Part shown: one piece after another, positions 55,399 to 64,000 of the stretch
How positions within the stretch are numbered: position 1 is the first letter of the stretch
Layout of the letters: the number at the start of each line of letters is the position of its first letter
The notes under the pieces: generated by a model
Database searches by the model: none
The model's input: only the letters and a program-made list of their open reading frames with translations
Told to the model about the DNA's origin: nothing
Program-made: the position numbers and the translations under genes
DNA from: Cyanophora paradoxa CCMP329
Lineage: Eukaryota; Plantae; Glaucophyta
Length of the DNA: 64,000 nucleotides
Direction of reading: 5' to 3'
Assembly: GCA_004431415.1 (NCBI GenBank)
Contig: QPMI01000455.1
Coordinates: forward strand, 1 to 64,000

Positions 55399-56070
55399 GT
55401 GGATGCAGCTCGTTGGGCCCACATCTGTGCTCGCATTACGTTCTACGCAAACCAGCATCTTGCCCCATCCACGCGAGATGCATATGCAATGTGGGTTGGC
55501 CGTTTTCGGCAGTTCTGCATTCAGCTGGGTGTTCTACCTTTTCCCGTCGATGCTGAGGTTCTAGCCGGTTTTTTGTGCGATATTGCTGACGATGACTACG
55601 TCTTCTCAACTATAAATGTAGCTTTTTCTGCAGTTCGTAATGAGTGTGAGACCTTGCGCTTTGATACCTCAGTTTTCAGCTCAGTGCTTCTTCAGCACGT
55701 CCTCACGGGCTTGCGCCGAGTCCTGGGCGATGGCCCACTCGCCCAGCGGCCGTCCTTTCGGTCGAACATATTCGCCGGCTAGCGGTAGCTTCCGATCGTG
55801 TTCCATCACAGACCCATCGTCGCTCTATTGCTATGATCACCGTCGGTTTCTTTGGCCTCCTCCGTCGCTCTGAGATTGTGCAAATTCGGCGGTCTCATTT
55901 ATCTTTCCGCCCAGATGGCATGGTCCTCCGCGTCTCTCGCTCTAAAACAGATCAGACTCAGATTGGTCACGAGCTTTTTATTTCGGCTCTTCCAGGCAAC
56001 GTGTTATGTCCTGTTTTTCGTCTTCGTGTTTATATAGCCACTCTGCCTCCTACTGTGGATGTCGTATTTG
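55399..56070 (+). pseudogene. DIRS tyrosine recombinase, frameshifted and truncated by PLV-C
   Basis: LAPSTRDAY, GFFGLLRRSEI, RSKTDQ, LCPV. Confidence 0.88.
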
Positions 56071-57211
56071 ACACATAGTAAAATGCGGAGTTTTAACCCT
56101 CGGCTTATCTTAATTGATTTTGTTGATATATCTCGTATATTCTATTTCAATCAATCGATAATCTGTGTATATCTTATCGAATATTCAATTATTTCGATTA
56201 TTTTGTATTCTTTTCGATATTTTATCGTAAATTTCTCTTCTTTTCCGATTAGTCTTACTGAGTCTATCGATAATCTGTATATATTTCCGAATAATATAAC
56301 TGAATCTCAATTAGATCTTGCCTCTGGTTAAAACTCCGCATTTTACTATGTGTGATTGGTCTAAAAGTTAATTGATTTAATCGATATTATATTCATGTAC
56401 TTTCTCGATTAAATTTAATTAAATTTAATTCATTTAATCGGAAATATATCGCTAAACTCGATTAAGATCCATAAATGATTCATTTGTTAAATAAAACAAA
56501 TCGATCTCTTATTGAATCCAATCGTAATTATACATGAAACTTATATGATTTTATCATTGTTTTGTTGAGTCTAAGGGGGGACCCTTAGGAATTTTGAAAT
56601 AATTGGGTGTGACAGGTGTGACAGGTCTATCCCAAACTTTTGATAGTTCATTTTTATGTTATAGAAAAGTTTGGGATAGACCTGTCACACCTGTCACACA
56701 AACCATATTCAGTAAGGATCTCTTTTAATGTTAAAATTTCAGTGTTAGTTGGTGTAGTTGATTCACAAAATGCATCCTGTCACACCTGTCACACAAACCA
56801 TATTCAGTAAGGATCTCTTTTATAATGAAAAACTCAGTAACAATAAGTAAGAAGTTTATCTATGTAATTCTACTTGAATAAACAAATGAAATAATCGAGT
56901 GTGACAGGTGTGACAGGTCCATCCCAAACTTTTGAGAGTTCATTTTTATGCTATAGAAAAGTTTGGGATAGACCTGTCACACCTGTCACACAAACCATAT
57001 TCAGTAAGGACCTCATATATTGTTAAAATCTCAGTGTTAGTTGGTGTAGTTGATTCAAAAAATGCATTTATACTCTGATTCATTGTTATTTCCTGTGAAA
57101 TTTGAGTCAACTCAACCCACTTAGTCAACCCTCCCATTGAATTCGTAACAAAATCCATATACTTTTACTACTTTTACGATTAATATGAGTCAACCTTGAG
57201 TCCACTTAAAT
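56071..57211 (+). repeat. TIR of PLV-C with a duplicated hairpin region
   Basis: Matches the B TIR. Hairpins at 56607-56699 and 56899-56991, half copy at ~56776-56794. Confidence 0.9.
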
Positions 57212-57389
57212 TATAATTGGGGAATGAAGGGGAGATGCTGAGTTTTATTGTAAGGAAATCGATAGTATTCGAAATTGTAACATATTCTATTGTAGGAAAG
57301 GGATATATTATATCCTTTTGTTATAATAGCTGATCAATGTTATTGTAATAAAAAAGGTAAATCACCCTGATCATCATTATAGAAACCCA

Positions 57390-57788
57390 TCAAAACGGAA
57401 ATCTATCATGTTTATGCCTCTCAGTCTTCTCAAATGTTAAGAAATTCATTGTTTTATCGATCTCATCTGCAACTGATTGTGTTTTATGCTGAGCTTCTTT
57501 TCCACAACTGAATATATCAATTGCTAACATGCCTTCATTGGAATAACAATGAGCTGTGCAATGGCTTTCATCTAATAGCAGAACTAATGCAAATCCAGGA
57601 GGTGATAGTTTGCCATCAAATATCTCACAATGCTTATGAACAATCCTAATACCTTGCCTTAATACTGCTTGTTCAAGGGTTCTCATAATCCAATTACCTA
57701 GGAAGCTTACATGTTCATGTCCTGTTGCAATAGCTGTTTTAGCCTTGTAATCAAGCATAACATGAAAGCCCCTGTATTGAGTCTCCAT
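57390..57788 (-). CDS. speD: S-adenosylmethionine decarboxylase
   Basis: Two amino-acid differences from 42658-43056. Confidence 0.85.
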   Translation of the reverse strand: METQYRGFHVMLDYKAKTAIATGHEHVSFLGNWIMRTLEQAVLRQGIRIVHKHCEIFDGKLSPPGFALVLLLDESHCTAHCYSNEGMLAIDIFSCGKEAQHKTQSVADEIDKTMNFLTFEKTERHKHDRFPF

Positions 57789-57817
57789 TAAGAATACCTT
57801 AGAAAAATTAATTAAAC

Positions 57818-58090
57818 CTAATCGAACCTAATGCAAACATCCCTATATTCCACTGTGATTGATGAAGAAGCCCTTTTCCTGTAAGCCTGAGAATGTTTTT
57901 TGTTGCATTCCCTGCAACCTGACCCCTTCACATGATTAAAGGGATAGGTAAGGATCACCTTGTTACACTGCAAACATCTCACAGATACTTTCTCTTGAGC
58001 TTTGATGTAATGTGTCTCACTGTAATCGAATTTATCTTTACCATGAACTGTCATAGCAGCATCAATAAACTTTTTTGTTTTACTATCCAT
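57818..58090 (-). CDS. Zinc-ribbon protein
   Basis: Homologue of 42362-42634. Confidence 0.7.
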   Translation of the reverse strand: MDSKTKKFIDAAMTVHGKDKFDYSETHYIKAQEKVSVRCLQCNKVILTYPFNHVKGSGCRECNKKHSQAYRKRASSSITVEYRDVCIRFD

Positions 58091-58112
58091 ACTCTATATA
58101 TAACCAATATTC

Positions 58113-58946
58113 TTATGGAGCAGTATCCTGCCCAAAAATGGGGAAATATCGATTTGTCCCATAGTACTCAGCATAGGTATTCTGCTTTGCAATAAAATCG
58201 GTTCTCTCAGCATATAATACACATTTGTATATACCAAACTTGGTGGCTCTCACTAAGAACTGATAATCTTCCAAACCGAAATTGACTCCATGATAAGCAA
58301 TCCCGAAATTATCATATGGGGTGATCACAACTGCAAAATTAGGAGTTCCACCCTCTACTTGACAAAGAGCATAAACATCTGGTGGAATATCCACAACAAC
58401 CTTGTAGTGGTCACCAATCTCAACAAGAGAGTCTACTACTGCTGTTTGTTCATTTACAACAATGGGGAATATCTTTATAATGTATGGGGCATTCATGCTG
58501 GGGACATAGGTTCGAATTCTTGTGTTGGGATCAATGGGATTGGGTTGATCATTCACAAATAGAGGCGCTCCAACAGCCCCACCAACTCTAAGTCCATCAC
58601 CAATATAAGCTCCCCCCGATTTGCAGTTAATAGCTCCCGACCTAGATTCAAAAGAATAAGTAGAAAGAGGATCTCCATAGCTATCTGGGTCTCCATAATG
58701 AGCAGAAAAGTTTGCATTGGTAACAAGTAGCTTAGTTGTCTTAACTATTCCATTATTTTTATCACATCTGAGTTCCTGTAATCTCAGTTTGTGGGTGGAA
58801 CCAAAGGTGTTCATTGTAGGTTGGACCTCTGTGGATTGGAGACCCTCTACATCATCAAAGGTAGCATGCTGTAAAACATGGTTTGCTGGGGCAGCTAATG
58901 ATAGCTGAGGTGTAATAATTCGTTCAATTGGGGGTTGCTCAGCCAT
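58113..58946 (-). CDS. P2 protein
   Basis: Nearly identical to 41503-42339. Confidence 0.8.
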   Translation of the reverse strand: MAEQPPIERIITPQLSLAAPANHVLQHATFDDVEGLQSTEVQPTMNTFGSTHKLRLQELRCDKNNGIVKTTKLLVTNANFSAHYGDPDSYGDPLSTYSFESRSGAINCKSGGAYIGDGLRVGGAVGAPLFVNDQPNPIDPNTRIRTYVPSMNAPYIIKIFPIVVNEQTAVVDSLVEIGDHYKVVVDIPPDVYALCQVEGGTPNFAVVITPYDNFGIAYHGVNFGLEDYQFLVRATKFGIYKCVLYAERTDFIAKQNTYAEYYGTNRYFPIFGQDTAP

Positions 58947-58969
58947 TTTACATTAAAGGGATATATCTT

Positions 58970-59824
58970 TTATGGGGTTGGGTCATCAATTACATCTAAT
59001 TCTTGGTAAAATCCTGTTGTGAATATATCAGCAACATTTACCCCACGGAGTGCTGAAACAGCTGCTATATCTGTTCTCAGTCCCATAATCATAGTATTGT
59101 AAACTCCAACCTCAGTGACATACAAATCATAAGTAAATGTCAGATTGTTATAAACACAATATCCCCGACCAAAATGGTTGGATGCTTGAACAAAGAATAG
59201 GTAATTGTGACCTTGTTGGTTATTATTTGCTCTACACATTGAGAGCATTGCTGTGGGAAGAGGAATATTCCTTCTCACTCGATCAGTTCCTGTAATGGAA
59301 ACCAATTCTGAATTTTCAAGAGTGACAGATGATGCAACATAGAAATGCAGAAAAGGTTGCTGTGCAACTGGTGTATAGAACCGAATTCGTTGTGGGTTCT
59401 CAGCATTTTGTTCAAGAGTATCTGGGACATCATTGTAGGAAACAGAGGATGAAAGCTGACCTGAAACTCTGCAACCACCACCAATAAAAGCTCCTCCTGA
59501 TCTCACAGTTACAGCAGCAGAATTCTTATCGAAATCCAGGGCTTTCAGATCAACACTGTAAGCATCAGGACCTCCATTGGTAGGTTGGAAGAAGTTTGCA
59601 TTAGTCACAAGAAGTCGAGTTGTTTTCACCACACCAGAATTCTTATCAGCTCTCAGCTCTTTAACTCGAATAATCGAATTTTTATCAAAGGAGTTACCAT
59701 TGGAATTGGGTCTCTCTGTGGATTCTAAACCACGAACCTCATCATTAACTTCATGCTGGCGAAAGTGCATTGCAGGGGATCCAAGGGAATATATAGGCAG
59801 TTGAACTCGATTATATTCCCCCAT
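58970..59824 (-). CDS. P1 protein
   Basis: N-terminal half near-identical to B, C-terminal half divergent. Confidence 0.8.
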   Translation of the reverse strand: MGEYNRVQLPIYSLGSPAMHFRQHEVNDEVRGLESTERPNSNGNSFDKNSIIRVKELRADKNSGVVKTTRLLVTNANFFQPTNGGPDAYSVDLKALDFDKNSAAVTVRSGGAFIGGGCRVSGQLSSSVSYNDVPDTLEQNAENPQRIRFYTPVAQQPFLHFYVASSVTLENSELVSITGTDRVRRNIPLPTAMLSMCRANNNQQGHNYLFFVQASNHFGRGYCVYNNLTFTYDLYVTEVGVYNTMIMGLRTDIAAVSALRGVNVADIFTTGFYQELDVIDDPTP

Positions 59825-59863
59825 TGCTTCTTTTACTAAGAAGGAAAGAAAAATAAACTACCA

Positions 59864-60169
59864 TCAAGCCAAAGTGATTAAATTCGATCCAAGGGATTGG
59901 TAAACAGTTGAAAGAACTTGCAGGTTGGATGTCATTGCTTTAATGTTGTTATCACACTCATTGTATTTAGCAACAGGGTCACCATATGCAGCTTGAGCAA
60001 GGACATTAACCAAGAGGTTTTTATACTCATTTACAACTGGTGAGAGCTTGTTAGTTTGCTGAATCGTTTTTTCCACTGTTTGTAATGCTGATACAAGCTT
60101 GATTGTATCAAATGCAAGAGCGACAGGCTCACCTGTCATTGGGGTTCCACCAAGTGGATAGGTCGCCAT
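59864..60169 (-). CDS. Conserved small helical protein
   Basis: Homologue of 40290-40595. Confidence 0.8.
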   Translation of the reverse strand: MATYPLGGTPMTGEPVALAFDTIKLVSALQTVEKTIQQTNKLSPVVNEYKNLLVNVLAQAAYGDPVAKYNECDNNIKAMTSNLQVLSTVYQSLGSNLITLA

Positions 60170-60172
60170 TTA

Positions 60173-63100
60173 TTATACTGTTACATTTTTAATTTGGTCT
60201 ATTTGATCTTGTAGACTCTTGCATTTCTGAGACAACTCTTTAACGGCTTCTATGAGAACTGGAACCAATCCTGTGTATTCAAGCGATAAGTAACCATCAT
60301 CTTTTTTCACATTAACAACCTCTGGTATTACCTTTACCACATCTTGCGCAATTAAACCTAATTTTGTTCCGTCTTTTTCGCTTCCAATTCGTTTAAAACT
60401 CACTCCTTCTAATTTCTCAATCGCTGAAAGAGCGCCTGTAATCTTTTTTATATCTGTTTTGTATCTTATGTCACTTCCTTGTGTTAAATAACCTCCTATC
60501 CACATCCATCCCCCATGATACATGTAACAAATATCAGTATCTTGCTCATTTCGGAATACAAGGGGAATATCTCCCCTTCCTTTCAAGTATGTAGAAGTAT
60601 TGTTACCAAAATGGATACGATTGTATCCATCACTTGAATTAAACCAACTACCCACAGTTCCTGTTAAAAGATTTGGTCTACTATAAACATTATTCCAATG
60701 AATATAGCCGGTGTGACCACCATAACTATTTCCTGTCCAAATTTTCATGTAACTTATACCCATAATATGAACTCTTCCAATCTTTGGTCTAATCCGAATA
60801 GTCAAAAATCGATTACCGAGATGTATAGGAACATTATTTAAACCGCTGTGGTTACTGTCAGGAGATGTGGCGTATGGTTGATAACTATTCACTGATGTAA
60901 TAAAAACTTCATTTCCTTGTCGATTAACTCCCCAAATTTCAAAAAGTCGTGCGTTTGGCCAAGGTAAATAAGTTAAAAACGCTGTTCCTGTGTGATATCC
61001 ATCGGGTATATCGAAGTCAATCCAAGCGGTAGAAGTTTGGTCATCATATTGCTTATTATAAACGAAAGAACCATAATTATAATATGGATCCCATGCTGAA
61101 CTCCACGCCCACTCCCAATCGTTATAAGAACATCTATTAAATTCAATACCTCCTTTCGATGAATCCGCTGTGTGAAACTTTGGGACATCATTACCATTTA
61201 TTTGGAGTTTGGTAGTAGCATTAATAGTGGGTGCTGTAATAGTATTATTCACCCAAAAGTTCCCATTGTTATAAGACTTTAAAATTGCTCCATCTGCTGA
61301 GTTTCTGAATTCAATTGAGACACCATCACCATTTGGTCTCCCTCGTATATATGTGCAATCACCATTACCAAACCAAATTCGCTCAACTGCATCTGTTGAT
61401 TTTAACCATGTATTTGTTGCCCATGTTGCGGTTTGTGGAAGGTCTGCGGCTGTTATTAAAGCGGGACGACTGTAAATATTATCCCAAGAAATCATGCCCA
61501 ACTCATTATCGGTTGCTCTCTGTCTACTCCAACCAAAAACCCCCGTAAGATGAATGCGACCTTTTCGACCTTGAACATAAATATTCTTGTAAAACTCGCA
61601 ATTAATTGATACAAACAAGATAGTATTATTTGTCCCATCATGATTTACTGACTGTATTCCTTGATAATCGTTTACACGTTTTAAGAAATGCTGATTGTTA
61701 TTGAGAGTCTGACCATAGATATCAAAATATCTGCTATTATACCAAGGCATATGCTGAATATAAAATGATTTCATACCTGTGGGGACAGTCCACCTCATAA
61801 AACAACCGCTACAATCTTCATCATTTTGTGGTGTTGTATAACATCCTGTTTGTCCTGTTCTTGGTGACCAATTCAAATTCCAATTATTTGCGCTTCTATC
61901 TGTTGATACTACATCTAATTGATCGAAATCATATCCTTTTGGAATTGTGTTTCCACCAATTTGTAGACTAGTAGCGTTTACAGTTCCATTAACTGTCCCA
62001 CCTGTAAGAGGTAAATAATTTCCTAGAGCTGCTGTTAACTCTGCATCTGTTGTATAATTATTTAGAGTCGTTCCCAATTCACTTTCTGTTACATAGCTGC
62101 TTAAATCTGCTGTTGTAAGATATCCTTTATTGTTAAGGTAATCATCTGTCACTACTCCTGAAAGGGTGGTATTGTGTAAGTTCTTTGCTGCCATCCTCTG
62201 ATTGACTTCTAAGGCTCCACCTGATGTTGTTTTTATCCATGCAATCTCACATTTTCCGTGATCATCTGTGGGTTGTCCCACAACAGGAAGATAGTTTACA
62301 ACTTTCTCCCTTGTAAACACAATTTTAGGTCTTGCTCCATCATATGGGTCTTGATCTGTTACATTTACTTGAATTGCTGCTGAAAAATCCGCTACTTGTC
62401 CTGTTTCTCCTGGGTGATAATTCGTAACATAGATACTGGGGAAAGTATCATTAACTCCCACATTAAAATCGCCATCATAAACTCCATTAACAATTGGATC
62501 CCTGGGTAATCTTACTGCAAGAGTTCCCTCCATTGGAGTGCCTGTTTGACCTGTAAAAGTCCCATTGAGACTTACATAATGATCATTCAAATACAATCTT
62601 TCAGGTGTATTACTCGATTGGTAAAGTGTGACTCCATTAAAAACATTTCCGATTGCATTCAACTGTGCAAACACTGGCTGGTCATCAATTTCTTCCCATG
62701 GGTGCCTGTGGTTGCTATTTGTAATCTCTGAATAATCATGAGTGTGTGAATCTGGTGGAAAGGTTAATGGTGGATTCGTGATATGCTCCCATAAATGTGT
62801 ATGGGCGAAATCTGTTATTTGATCTTTTGTGTGAGTATGGGCAAAATCTGTTATTTGATCTTTTGTGTGAGTATGTGCGAAATCTGTGATTTGATCTTTG
62901 GTGTGTGTATGGGCGAAATCTGTGATTTGATCTTTTGTGTGAGTATGGGCGAAATCCGTAATATCTGCTTTTGTGTGTTTTTGTTTTGCTAACCAATCTA
63001 AAACAACATTCGATGTTGGATGATGTGGTAGAGTTGCATTTTTGGTAACTGTGAGATTTTCAATAAATATATTGCTCGAATTAATTTTAAGATCTTCATT

Positions 63101-64000
63101 ATTCAATACGGGCTGCGTATTCGGAAATCCATACAATAATTGTATATAATATCTAACCGCGTTCTTTTCTTCAATAGATAACGCACGATTGAAAACGATA
63201 ATTTCGGCAAGATCTCCATTAGCAACAGAAGAACCAAATGATGCAAAATTAGAAGGTGGAAGAAAATCACCCGATGATGTTCCAATATCAAATCCACCCA
63301 TTCCTACGACAATTTGCTCTGAGGAAACAGTGAAATCCCAATAATTCCACGAATTATAAGTATATGATGCATCGAATAATGGAGGAGTTGCATTTTCTAT
63401 ATCGTTTTGAATTTGTAGTGAAACACCAAACTTTTGATTTTTACAACCATATCCAATCCAATTTTGATAAGAACTATCCCTTATACTCAACATATAAGAA
63501 GGATTTGTTGTATTGATCCTACCTATAAAGAATAATGTAAGACCTAATGACCAATCTATTGAAACACTATTCCTATAAGCCATGTTTAATTCTTTCCCAA
63601 TCGAAATTTGATTGTTCAGGGTTGCATTCAAATAATAATAAACAGTTTCCCAATTTGAATAATTTGTAAGATATGGTATCTGTGTAGTAACTCTGTTATA
63701 TATCTGACCTTGATAATATATCAACTGACCATGTTGACCTGATGCTTTCCATGCAAATATACAATTTGGAATAATTGGGGCTGGATCAATGACAGTAGTA
63801 ACAGCATAGTAAGGTCTATAAAGTATTTGTATAGTGTTTTGTGTTCCGATTGTTATATTTCGATACACTGTAAGATTACTTGTGTAAATATCATCTGCCA
63901 TAGTTTTCTTGTCCAAATGTTACTTGCCCATAGGTTACTTGTATAAAGGTTACTGGTGTAGATATTGGAAGTGACTGTAAGGTTTGTGTCATTTTTGATC
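60173..64000 (-). CDS. Giant fibre protein, 3' part with intact S74 end, frameshifted at ~63900
   Basis: Aligns with B 36410-40286. Five HTH repeats at 62804-62983. Confidence 0.88.

Larger units (their letters stand above)
51100..56070 (+). mobile_element. DIRS-type tyrosine-recombinase retrotransposon, interrupted by PLV-C; 5' end approximate
   Basis: gag, RT/RNase H/methyltransferase-like and recombinase genes in DIRS order. Confidence 0.88.
56071..64000 (-). mobile_element. Polinton-like virus C, close relative of B, inverted and partial
   Basis: Same terminus ACACATAGTAAAATGCGG and mirror gene order. Predicted TSD TATTTG (56065-56070). Confidence 0.93.

Overview
This is a eukaryotic-type nest of mobile elements with no recognisable host gene. 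It holds three endogenous Polinton-like viruses (PLVs) of one lineage and two GC-rich retrotransposons. PLV-B (16510-44168, 27.7 kb) is complete: 873-bp terminal inverted repeats (TIRs), a 6-bp target site duplication (TSD) AATCTT, rve integrase, protein-primed PolB, PrimPol-D5 helicase, A32-type ATPase, an NCLDV-like major capsid protein (MCP), two penton-like proteins, a patatin-discoidin fusion, a ~1,980-aa phage-like fibre with an S74 chaperone, and an S-adenosylmethionine decarboxylase (AdoMetDC). It sits inside a structural gene of a more GC-rich relative, PLV-A (~744-16509 plus 44169-~45860), whose integrase is 5'-truncated by a GC-rich insert. An internally deleted Ty3/Gypsy element and a DIRS-type element follow. 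The DIRS tyrosine recombinase is interrupted at 56071 by PLV-C, a close relative of B in the opposite orientation that runs off the window. The most unusual signals are fold-back termini that could self-prime, an iteron hairpin with compensatory changes, an apparently proofreading-dead PolB next to a second replicase, extreme CpG loss that spares TCGA, fibre module exchange between A and B, and a tRNA-like unit downstream of the integrase. Most frameshifts fall in homopolymer runs and may be sequencing errors. All family assignments come from motif recognition by eye, not database searches.
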